IMG/VR virus record: IMGVR_UViG_3300044655_000639
Location: 1-64,000 of that record
Origin: a virus
Length of the DNA: 64,000 nt
Direction: 5' to 3' (one strand)
Part shown: one piece after another, positions 10,695-19,159 of the stretch
Layout of the letters: each line of letters opens with the position of its first letter
Numbering within the stretch: position 1 is the first letter of the stretch
Position numbers and translations under genes: made by a program
Notes under the pieces: model-generated
The model's database searches: none
Seen by the model: the letters and a program-made list of their open reading frames with translations, nothing else
Told to the model about the DNA's origin: nothing

Positions 10695-11716
10695 ACACTA
10701 CTCCATTTACTATAATCTATATCTTCCCAGTCACCATCTACGGCTTTGCTGTATGTTGTTACACGACCACTGAAGAAATCAGTTAAGACAGTACCAACAA
10801 CATCATCCATGTATGGTAATGGGTTGACAGTAGTATTATAGTTAGGTTTCATACCAAGTTCCTTTAAAGCAATATCAGCACGATACTGAATGTAACGCTT
10901 CAAGTCACTATTAGCAATGTGGGCATAATCAAAGTAATCTACCAGAGCTTCTTCATATGCTACCATCTCACGGATACCCTGATAGATATCATACTTCAAC
11001 TCATCATCCCAAATATCAGGATTCTCAGCTATGAATGTACGGAACAAGTGGCAGTTACCAATGAAGTGCATATTCTCTTCACGAATACTATACTCTACTA
11101 TGGTACAAAGACCAGGGTATTTCCCAGAGAACTGATACTTAAGGAGTGCTGCAAACTGTGCCATGAGAGAGATACCTTCAGCACCTCCAGCATAGATGGC
11201 AAGCATACGAGCTACATCTCTACGGAATACTTTATCGAGAGCAAGCTCTGATAAGTTCATAGCCTTGTATTCTTCGTACTTCTTGACCTTAGCTTTCTCA
11301 AGGTAATCAGCTTTAGAAGCCATAACAGGTATATCAAGGAAGTCCTGATAGATACTGTTAGGAAGCCCTATGGTCTCAGTGAATAGAGAGTAGTTCTCAA
11401 TGTGAGTAAACTCTCTAGCCATGAAGTTCGATAGCATAGCCTGTACCTCAATAGGTTTGAAGATACGAAGTAAGACTGCATAGCCATTCTCAACTGATAC
11501 TTCCTGCTGAGTGAATAGTCTCATGGTACGAGTGATGTCATCCTTCTCTTTAGGAGAAGCTCTATCAAAGTCCTGAATGTCTTTAGCTAGTGATATGATA
11601 TCAGCAGTCCAGTGAGCACGATCATGTTCTTTGTAATAATTCCAAAATTTAGGATAGCGAAAGCCTTTAGAAGACTTGAATGTGGGAATACCATTAATGT
11701 GAATGAGTGTACTCAT
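10691..11716 (-). CDS. nrdB: Ribonucleotide reductase class I beta subunit
   Basis: HW, EFTHIENY (ExxH plus Tyr), EG, EENMH, C-terminal DFFSGRVTTY. Confidence 0.93.
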   Translation of the reverse strand: MSTLIHINGIPTFKSSKGFRYPKFWNYYKEHDRAHWTADIISLAKDIQDFDRASPKEKDDITRTMRLFTQQEVSVENGYAVLLRIFKPIEVQAMLSNFMAREFTHIENYSLFTETIGLPNSIYQDFLDIPVMASKADYLEKAKVKKYEEYKAMNLSELALDKVFRRDVARMLAIYAGGAEGISLMAQFAALLKYQFSGKYPGLCTIVEYSIREENMHFIGNCHLFRTFIAENPDIWDDELKYDIYQGIREMVAYEEALVDYFDYAHIANSDLKRYIQYRADIALKELGMKPNYNTTVNPLPYMDDVVGTVLTDFFSGRVTTYSKAVDGDWEDIDYSKWSSV

Positions 11717-11880
11717 AAGTATTCTCCTATACTAAAGTATAATTGGTTTAGGTCATGTGCAGACATAAACCATACATATGAATCTATATCTGAATAATGC
11801 TCCATAGCATCTCCCATAGACTCAAACTCACCTAAATAAGATATCTTACAATCTTCAGTAAATGCATAGTATTTATTCAT
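11713..11880 (-). CDS. Hypothetical protein, 55 aa (MNKYYAFTED...)
   Basis: ATGA overlaps with both the nrdA stop and the nrdB start. Confidence 0.6.
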   Translation of the reverse strand: MNKYYAFTEDCKISYLGEFESMGDAMEHYSDIDSYVWFMSAHDLNQLYFSIGEYL

Positions 11881-13679
11881 GTACAGCCTAAGCAGGTATC
11901 AGACATCATATCTATTTCCTTATGTTGTATTTGTTTACGTTCACCTGATGCAGTAGAAGCTGATACTCCTGCAGTAGAACGGACGTAGTATAGTGACTTG
12001 ATCTTCTTCCTCCAAGCAAGAATGTGAAGGTCTGAGATGAACTGTACAGATGATCCTGCTGGTATGAAGATGTTCAGTGACTGTCCCTGATCAATGAGAG
12101 CAGAACGATCTCCAGCAAACTCTAGCAGCCAACGCTGATCTAACTCAAAAGCAGTCTTGAATACATCCTTAATATTCTGTGGCATCCAATCTAGATGCTG
12201 TACAGAACCACTGTTCTTCTTAATGGAGTCCCACTGCTGAGATTCCCAAGCACTAGGATATCCTTCTCCTGCCTCATTAAAGAAGTCAGAGATATACTGT
12301 TCAAGATACTTATTCTTAATAGCAAAAGATCCCTGCTTAACCTTCTTAGTGAAAGCATTAGTGACCCAAGGCTCAATACCAGATGAAGTAACACCACACA
12401 ATGATGAGATACTCATGGTAGGAGCAATAGCAGTAACGTGAATGTTACGTTTCAATGTTCCATTACGATCAGACATAGGGCACTTATGACCTCCTACATG
12501 TAAGCTAGCAATCTCATCATTATGATTATCAGCTGATTCCTTAATCATACTGAAGATCTTCATGTTAAGACCTTTAGCAATAGAGGATTCCCAAGGAATA
12601 AGCTTAGACTGTAGAAGTGAATGGAAGCCCATTACTCCAAGTCCGATACTTCTTTCGTCAATGGCTCCTGCTCTAGCTCGCTCGAATCCACTGAGATGCT
12701 CAGTACGGTTGATGAAGTCTTGAAGTACGTTGTCAAGATAATCAGAACAATCAGCAATGAACTGATCAAAACAATGTTGGTACTCATCCCAATACTCAAG
12801 ATTAATGCTACCAAGACAACAAACTCCACTATGGTTATCGTCAGTACGAAGCGTAATCTCAGTACAGAGGTTAGATGTTGTAACTTTGATGTTTTCATTC
12901 TTATATTCCTCTGGTGCTAAGTCATTGACAGTATCAATGAATAGTAGATAAGGTTCTCCTGTAGTAATACGAGCCTCTAGGATCTGAGACCATAGCTTAC
13001 GAGCTGATACAGTACGAACTACTGCTCCAGTCTTTGGTGATAATAAATTCCAGTTGTAATCATTCAAGACACAATGCATGAAGTCATCAGAGATAACCAC
13101 ACCATGATGGAGATTAGGAGTTCTACGGCTACTGTCACCAGTCTCCTTACGGATATCAATGAACTCCTCAATCTCAGGATGTGAGATATCAAGGTATGTA
13201 GCTTCAGAAGCTCTACGAAGACCTCCCTGACTGATGGCAAGAGTACTACGGTCTGAGATACCTAAGAATGGTATGAGTCCAGAAGACTTTCCACCATGAG
13301 GTCCTACAGATTCATTGACTGAACGTACCTTAGACCAGTCAGTACCAATACCTCCACCATAAGCACCAAGGTTAAATGCTTCATTATAGTTCTGGAAGAT
13401 GGAGGGTTTATTGTCAGCAACACTCTTAGTGAAGCATGATATAGGAAGTCCTCTATCAGTACCAGCGTTAGATGAAATAGGCGTTGAACCATGCCACCAG
13501 TAATTTTTTAAATATATAGCCATACGATCAGCATGTTCTGTATCGTTGGCATAAGCATTGCTTACTCTATGTACCCATTGATCATAATCTTCGTTGGGTA
13601 AAAAATAAGTTTCTTTATACAATGCTTTGGAAAAGTCAGGTAAGCCTGACCAACTTCTACTATGTAATAGCTGTAACAT
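11877..13679 (-). CDS. nrdA: Ribonucleotide reductase class I alpha subunit (no ATP cone)
   Basis: STPISSN, PISCF, GGGIG, SNLCTEI, APT, KSLYY, C-terminal CLGC. Confidence 0.95.
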   Translation of the reverse strand: MLQLLHSRSWSGLPDFSKALYKETYFLPNEDYDQWVHRVSNAYANDTEHADRMAIYLKNYWWHGSTPISSNAGTDRGLPISCFTKSVADNKPSIFQNYNEAFNLGAYGGGIGTDWSKVRSVNESVGPHGGKSSGLIPFLGISDRSTLAISQGGLRRASEATYLDISHPEIEEFIDIRKETGDSSRRTPNLHHGVVISDDFMHCVLNDYNWNLLSPKTGAVVRTVSARKLWSQILEARITTGEPYLLFIDTVNDLAPEEYKNENIKVTTSNLCTEITLRTDDNHSGVCCLGSINLEYWDEYQHCFDQFIADCSDYLDNVLQDFINRTEHLSGFERARAGAIDERSIGLGVMGFHSLLQSKLIPWESSIAKGLNMKIFSMIKESADNHNDEIASLHVGGHKCPMSDRNGTLKRNIHVTAIAPTMSISSLCGVTSSGIEPWVTNAFTKKVKQGSFAIKNKYLEQYISDFFNEAGEGYPSAWESQQWDSIKKNSGSVQHLDWMPQNIKDVFKTAFELDQRWLLEFAGDRSALIDQGQSLNIFIPAGSSVQFISDLHILAWRKKIKSLYYVRSTAGVSASTASGERKQIQHKEIDMMSDTCLGCT

Positions 13680-14145
13680 CTGTACACCTTTTTGAATGAA
13701 TTTTTCTATGACAGTTGCTGCATACTAAGATACACTTATCTACTTCAGTCTTCCAACTTTCAAAAGGAGACATATCTATCTTCTTATGAATTCCAAACTC
13801 TTTAGTAGAAGGGTCTAGATGATGAAAGTCAAATGGTGCAAAGCACTCATCCTCATAGTTACAAATAGAGCAAGCTATCTTTCCACCTAAATGCTCTTTA
13901 ATCTTTAGCACATTGGCTGAATAGTAGTTAGCTCTTCTATTCCTATTTGTCTCTCTCTCACGTTCTCTATACCCATCTTTTCCATTATTTCGTGTAGGAA
14001 TAGTAGTATCTTTTTTACATTGCTTACACATAGGTCTAAATTTCTTTGATCCTGCTGTGTATCTACTGTATCTTATAAATGTGTCTAAGGCATCTGTATA
14101 ACTATCTGACTCTTTACCACATCTATTACACTTTATATAGCACAT
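13660..14145 (-). CDS. HNH homing endonuclease with Zn-finger CxxC pairs
   Basis: CSIC..FDFHHLDP..KCILVCSNCHRKIH; has its own TATAAT just upstream (about 14172-14177, - strand). Confidence 0.85.
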   Translation of the reverse strand: MCYIKCNRCGKESDSYTDALDTFIRYSRYTAGSKKFRPMCKQCKKDTTIPTRNNGKDGYRERERETNRNRRANYYSANVLKIKEHLGGKIACSICNYEDECFAPFDFHHLDPSTKEFGIHKKIDMSPFESWKTEVDKCILVCSNCHRKIHSKRCTDVTAIT

Positions 14146-14243
14146 ATGTATCCTTTAAAATTAAGATACTGTATTATACTATAAAATGGTTTCATACACA
14201 ATAGCTGGTGAAACCATTTAAAGCTGGTAATGAATTCCAGTCT

Positions 14244-14540
14244 CTACTCATCTGCATGTCCTCTACTGAATGATGGTCCAGTCTTGAATGGATCAGGACG
14301 AGGAACAGCTACTGAAGGTAATACTGGTGCTTCCATCTTCATAGCAACAAACATATTGGCAGGCTCTGCTACAGTAGTAATAGGATCTAGTGTTACCTCC
14401 ATACGAGTACCAGCACCGAGGTCCCCACGACCAACAGTAAGCTTAGTACTAATATTGAAACGGTCAGTACTGAAGCCTTGCTCCTTGAGCCAAAGTAGTA
14501 CAGCCTCATCGAATTCCTTTGTGTTAAGTGTGATAGTCAT
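14244..14540 (-). CDS. Hypothetical protein
   Basis: ORF with GGAG RBS in the middle operon. Confidence 0.65.
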   Translation of the reverse strand: MTITLNTKEFDEAVLLWLKEQGFSTDRFNISTKLTVGRGDLGAGTRMEVTLDPITTVAEPANMFVAMKMEAPVLPSVAVPRPDPFKTGPSFSRGHADE

Positions 14541-14647
14541 AGTTATACTCCAATGTGACGTAATACTTTACGTTTAGTGATACTAGCAATAATGCTAATG
14601 ATGGTAGAGATAAGCACTCTCCATGCAAATTTAATAAAGAGAGCCAT

Positions 14648-14842
14648 TTAGACTCCTTCTACTAATACATAACCTTCTTCAAAAGAAGCTTTAGGAGACC
14701 AACTAGCATAGTCATGTGAGTATACTACATGATATCCAGGTTCATCTGTAAGAGACTCATCTCTTACTAGATTCAAAGCTTGTGCTTCAAAACGTGTCAT
14801 AGGTTCAGCTGTAACAATTTTAGTACATTTATATGTTTTCAT
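14648..14842 (-). CDS. Conserved phage hypothetical protein
   Basis: GYHVVY..Y.SWSPK..FEEGY motif, common in phages. Confidence 0.7.
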   Translation of the reverse strand: MKTYKCTKIVTAEPMTRFEAQALNLVRDESLTDEPGYHVVYSHDYASWSPKASFEEGYVLVEGV

Positions 14843-15013
14843 CTACTCTCCCTTGTCTGCTGCTAATAGCTCTGCTTTAGCTGCTGTAGCAATCTTTTTC
14901 ATCTGATTGATGAGATCACGTAAACGCTTAGATGATGCCTTAGTAGGCTTAGAAGCATATAGTGATACTTCTGACTGATACTTCGATACGAGTGTGTTGA
15001 ATTGTTCTAACAT
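14843..15013 (-). CDS. Small basic protein, possibly histone H1-like Hc1 family (56 aa)
   Basis: Translated by hand: MLEQFNTLVSKYQSEVSLYASKPTKASSKRLRDLINQMKKIATAAKAELLAADKGE; AAGGA RBS. Confidence 0.55.
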   Translation of the reverse strand: MLEQFNTLVSKYQSEVSLYASKPTKASSKRLRDLINQMKKIATAAKAELLAADKGE

Positions 15014-15021
15014 GGTGATCC

Positions 15022-15198
15022 TTAGATTTGGTTGTGTTCTGCCCAGTAGGACAGCTCATCATATAAAGCTCTAGCAATAGTAGGATCAATGTCCTTCAAT
15101 GCCTGGGCAACTAGGTGTGAATTCTCAAATGTAATAGTAGTAGCAATGATGCAAGGATCTACATCAAAAGCATCTATTGCTTCTGATACGAGTTCCAT
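15022..15198 (-). CDS. Hypothetical protein, 58 aa (MELVSEAIDAF...)
   Basis: TAATG coupling with the SSB stop. Confidence 0.55.
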   Translation of the reverse strand: MELVSEAIDAFDVDPCIIATTITFENSHLVAQALKDIDPTIARALYDELSYWAEHNQI

Positions 15199-15881
15199 TA
15201 TTTCTTACCGAATGATGGTTTACCGAAAGATGCTTTAGGTGCTGCTTTGGTAGTAGATGCTGGAGCTGATCCAGAGTCACGTCCACCAGCAATCCATGCA
15301 GTTATAGCTTCTTCAGTTAGACCATCTTTGTATGTTACATTCTCAGCATAAGCCAAGTCTTTAGCAAGTTTGACACCAGCTTCTGTCTCATTGAGGATCT
15401 CTTCTGCTGAAGCACCAGAGTCTGTATAGAATGCTTTGATTACTTTCTTCTCAGAGATCTGTCCTGCTTTAGCGTAACCTTCTGGAACTACTGAGTATTC
15501 CATCTGTACACGCATCTTCAGTTCGATGTCCTGGAAGTCAGGAAGGATAGCTACTTCTTTCATAGCTCCTGCTTTACCGATAGGAAGCTCTGCTTCTTCT
15601 GGGTCACTGATGTCTTCAATTCCACAGACTACTGCTAGCTTGCTGAATAGACTTGCTTGGAAGTTAGGTGTACCATCGTTGTTATCAAGACGGATAGCAC
15701 CATACATTACTTGAGCTGTACCATTGTTATCTACAAATAGATTGAGAGTACGAGCGCCTTTATCGTTGATATCAACGATGATGTTCTTGAGTGTCACATC
15801 ATAGATGCCTGACTTATTGATTGTGTTGCTACCGCCTTCGTTCTTAGCAGCTGCTGCTACGTCTACTTTAAAAAATGCCAT
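15198..15881 (-). CDS. Single-stranded DNA-binding protein (N4 gp45-like)
   Basis: SGIYDVTL N-terminus, Ala/Lys-rich tail ending in FG repeats, syntenic after the AAA ATPase. Confidence 0.75.
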   Translation of the reverse strand: MAFFKVDVAAAAKNEGGSNTINKSGIYDVTLKNIIVDINDKGARTLNLFVDNNGTAQVMYGAIRLDNNDGTPNFQASLFSKLAVVCGIEDISDPEEAELPIGKAGAMKEVAILPDFQDIELKMRVQMEYSVVPEGYAKAGQISEKKVIKAFYTDSGASAEEILNETEAGVKLAKDLAYAENVTYKDGLTEEAITAWIAGGRDSGSAPASTTKAAPKASFGKPSFGKK

Positions 15882-15939
15882 TGTATATTTCCTTATATGT
15901 TCTGAGTGGGTAACATCCCGTACTCTAAGATACTATGTA

Positions 15940-16134
15940 TCAACTATTTTTTAATACTTTTAAGCATACTGCTTTTGTGTCTAGATAAGTGGATGGTGTT
16001 CTTTGAACTTTATGAATAAGCTTACTAGCCTCTTTACACTCTTGTACAGTACTAAACTTTTCTAATAAGGTTTGTTCTGTATCATAGGTGGATAGTCTAA
16101 TAATCAAGAGCCATTCATACATTAAAATGACCAC
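15940..16134 (-). CDS. Hypothetical protein
   Basis: Fills the operon gap; F.T..EC...AVC pattern. Confidence 0.5.
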   Translation of the reverse strand: MVILMYEWLLIIRLSTYDTEQTLLEKFSTVQECKEASKLIHKVQRTPSTYLDTKAVCLKVLKNS

Positions 16135-16892
16135 TCAGCTAGATCTGTCTGCTGCGATAAGAGAAGATCAATGTGAGCTTTAAGCGAGAAGTACTCTTCA
16201 CCTTCTTTTAAGGACTTGCTTTTAGACGGGTCTACTGTGTTGGCTACATACATCTTATCTGGAAGATCAATGATAGCTGTACGAGCTTGCTTGTCTTCAC
16301 CTCTCATATATACTGCACGATGTTTCAGCTCAGAGACAAGAGTGATAGATTCATTGACCGTACTGTAAAAGCCACCTTTCTCAAGGAACTTACCAGATCC
16401 AAATGAGATATAGTTACCAGTGGTCTTACCATCAGCTTTCTCTTCAATAACATGATTGAGTAAGATGACAGAGATACCATTGAGTTCTAATGTTTCATGA
16501 ATGAAGCTGGTAAGGATAGCCATCTCTTTAGTGACTTCAGCTCCCTGACTTCCATAGACGTTAGGCTTCTGTGAGGCTTTATCAATGACATCCATGAAGA
16601 TTTGAGATACTGAATCAATAGCAACAATCTCTGGATATGAACCAAAGCGTTCATTGAACAGTTCTAGTTTATCCATGATACCATCAATGTGAGTCTTCTC
16701 CCCATCTACTGTGATGTTACCTCCAAAGCAGAGAGTCTTCATATCATAGAATGTATCTACAAGCATATGAGGTACTTTCAATGAGAAAGACTTAGCATCT
16801 CTAGATACAACGAATGATTCTTTTCCTAGGGTACGTAGAAGGTCTGTCTTACCAGCTCCTGCTTTACCATTGATTAGTAATTTAACTGCCAT
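16122..16892 (-). CDS. AAA_24/Sak4-like recombination ATPase
   Basis: Walker A GKAGAGKT, Walker B VAIDS; lies between the exonuclease and SSB. Confidence 0.8.
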   Translation of the reverse strand: MAVKLLINGKAGAGKTDLLRTLGKESFVVSRDAKSFSLKVPHMLVDTFYDMKTLCFGGNITVDGEKTHIDGIMDKLELFNERFGSYPEIVAIDSVSQIFMDVIDKASQKPNVYGSQGAEVTKEMAILTSFIHETLELNGISVILLNHVIEEKADGKTTGNYISFGSGKFLEKGGFYSTVNESITLVSELKHRAVYMRGEDKQARTAIIDLPDKMYVANTVDPSKSKSLKEGEEYFSLKAHIDLLLSQQTDLAEWSF

Positions 16893-17694
16893 TAGTATTT
16901 TCCTTTAGTGACATAGATTTGAATATGATGTGTGTGAGTTCTGGGTAAGAACGGACTGCTATGATAGATTCAGCAATAAGCATGATAGTATCCTCAATGA
17001 GCTTCCAATCATCTTCTGTGATGACTTCTGTTAATACTGTAACTCTAGGTGGTGTTAATTTACCACATTCCTTTCCTGTCTTTTCAGATATGTATCTTCC
17101 ATCAATAGGACGGTTAACATATACAAGACGTATTCTGTTAATGGGGATGCCATTGTAGCGAAACATGAAAGCATACGCAAGAGCTTGGATCTTATAATCA
17201 AATGAGATCTTAGTAGGCTCAGTAGCACTGCTGTATGTCTTGTAGTCTATGATGGTATCACCTGTACGATTGTCACAAGTACCACCAATGTAGATGTCAT
17301 CAAAGATAGGACACCATAGAGATCGTTCTACTTCAGTAGGTTTATTGTGACGAATGTAGTCATTGATAAGAGTCATAGCCATATCAGGATAAGCATTACG
17401 GATAACGTCAAGCTGTATAGCATCTTCTGTGAGAGGTTGCTTCTTAGCAGTCTCAGTGATGTACTCTTCTACCATCTCACGAGTGAAAGGTTCTTTCTTT
17501 ACGTAGGCTTCTGCTGCTGCATGCATACATGTTCCTAGTACTGTAGAAGTAGAAGCAGTGAATGACTTCTCTCCTAATACGTTGTCCTTATACCATACCG
17601 AAGGGTATGAAAAGAACTTGCCTATAGATGAAGGACTGATCTTGAAGGATGCTTCAGGAATGTCTAGCTTAGTGTATGTGAAAATGTCATGCAT
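16882..17694 (-). CDS. PD-(D/E)XK exonuclease
   Basis: ISPSS, GT.MH, GTCD..IIDYKT, Q..AY. Confidence 0.82.
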   Translation of the reverse strand: MHDIFTYTKLDIPEASFKISPSSIGKFFSYPSVWYKDNVLGEKSFTASTSTVLGTCMHAAAEAYVKKEPFTREMVEEYITETAKKQPLTEDAIQLDVIRNAYPDMAMTLINDYIRHNKPTEVERSLWCPIFDDIYIGGTCDNRTGDTIIDYKTYSSATEPTKISFDYKIQALAYAFMFRYNGIPINRIRLVYVNRPIDGRYISEKTGKECGKLTPPRVTVLTEVITEDDWKLIEDTIMLIAESIIAVRSYPELTHIIFKSMSLKENTNGS

Positions 17695-18221
17695 TATTCT
17701 CCTTTGTGTTTGGGTTGAATACGTGGATGTACAATACCCTTCTTTACAGTACCACCAAGATGGTAGATCATAGCAGTTACTGAAGCTTCTGTACGATCAG
17801 GAAATAGTTCTCTGATCATATCGAATGTACGATCAATACCATAATACTTCCCAGTCATAAATATACGATTGGTAAGCATTTCTTTGTCCCTAATACTCCA
17901 TCTAACAGAAGTGTGTTCTTCTCTAGTAGTATCGGCAGGATAGTCATGTGTACGTATTACTTCTATAGCAGTATTGTATGCTTCAGTATGGTCGTCAGGT
18001 GGGCATACCCACTCAATGAAAACTTCCTTATCACCACACTTCTTACGTAGTTCTGTGAGTTCAGATACCATGCTATTACATTCTGTATTAATATCATGGT
18101 ACTTCTTAGTAAGTGTATCTATCGCAGTATTCAATTCAGCAATACGTTCTTTGTATTCTGCAATGTCATCTCGCATATCCATATAGTGATGAGCTTCCTC
18201 GTCTACAAGTATAATCTTCAT
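17694..18221 (-). CDS. Hypothetical coiled-coil protein
   Basis: ORF coupled to both neighbours. Confidence 0.65.
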   Translation of the reverse strand: MKIILVDEEAHHYMDMRDDIAEYKERIAELNTAIDTLTKKYHDINTECNSMVSELTELRKKCGDKEVFIEWVCPPDDHTEAYNTAIEVIRTHDYPADTTREEHTSVRWSIRDKEMLTNRIFMTGKYYGIDRTFDMIRELFPDRTEASVTAMIYHLGGTVKKGIVHPRIQPKHKGE

Positions 18222-18415
18222 TTGATTTCCTTTATTTTCATAATTGTTTCATCAATCCCGTACTCTTCTGCTACTCTATCAAATTCTCTAAGACTGAAAT
18301 CTCCAGCAGTACCACCATCATTAGCATGATACACTGTATACTCCAACTCACCATCTGAGTTCTCAAATCCTATGATGACTTTTTCATCATCATATGCTAT
18401 ATACGTTTTAGACAT
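18218..18415 (-). CDS. Hypothetical protein
   Basis: AAGGA RBS, coupled stop. Confidence 0.6.
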   Translation of the reverse strand: MSKTYIAYDDEKVIIGFENSDGELEYTVYHANDGGTAGDFSLREFDRVAEEYGIDETIMKIKEIK

Positions 18416-18424
18416 GGTATTCCT

Positions 18425-18859
18425 TTATTGTAAATTATCACGGTAGAATTTACCGAGAATGTTAATGTTGAGATACTTCTCATCCTCAATAGCATTAAGA
18501 CAGAAGAGAGCTTTACACTCCATATAGGTGAGTTCTCTTTTAGATATACAAAATGCTAATATTGTTTTCCGTAGTATAGTCTTCCCTTTAGTAAGGTCAG
18601 AAGATCCTTTGTATGATTTCCAGTTGTTCTCTTTACGCATAACATCAAACTGTACTCTCTTGCCTTTTATGTTACGACCAATACGATACAATGCTTCTGG
18701 TCTAACAACCCCTGACTTCAATGCTGGAAGATGAGTCTCAGAATAACATTGTTTTTTGCCAAGATACATAGTACCATCATCATACTCTATCTGATAAATG
18801 AAACCATAAGTGTTCTCTGGTAGAGACTCTACAGGCTGATCCTCATATGTCCAAGTCAT
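18425..18859 (-). CDS. GIY-YIG family nuclease
   Basis: GFIY...YLGKK, WKSYKGSS, ELTYME, NINI. Confidence 0.7.
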   Translation of the reverse strand: MTWTYEDQPVESLPENTYGFIYQIEYDDGTMYLGKKQCYSETHLPALKSGVVRPEALYRIGRNIKGKRVQFDVMRKENNWKSYKGSSDLTKGKTILRKTILAFCISKRELTYMECKALFCLNAIEDEKYLNINILGKFYRDNLQ

Positions 18860-19149
18860 AATGGTGTGATCTGTGCTGTACGAGTCTCAAGCACTTCCTT
18901 CGTCTTAACTGATAGTACTAGTTCTCTCAGTAGCAGTCCATTATGAAATGAACGGAATACTAATACGTCTGTAAAGCCTCTGTACTCTGATAGTTCCTTA
19001 CGAGTAACTGATCTAGTGCAGAGATGATGAGAGTTCTTAGAGGATGTGCCTACTAATACTTTCTCATGGTTGGTGTTCTTAGCACCATATGATTTAGAAG
19101 ACTTATAGATACAAGCCTCTACATCAATCCAGATGGGATACTGTTGCAT
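18856..19149 (-). CDS. Hypothetical protein
   Basis: AAGGA RBS, coupled stop. Confidence 0.6.
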   Translation of the reverse strand: MQQYPIWIDVEACIYKSSKSYGAKNTNHEKVLVGTSSKNSHHLCTRSVTRKELSEYRGFTDVLVFRSFHNGLLLRELVLSVKTKEVLETRTAQITPL

Positions 19150-19159
19150 TATCGTTCCT

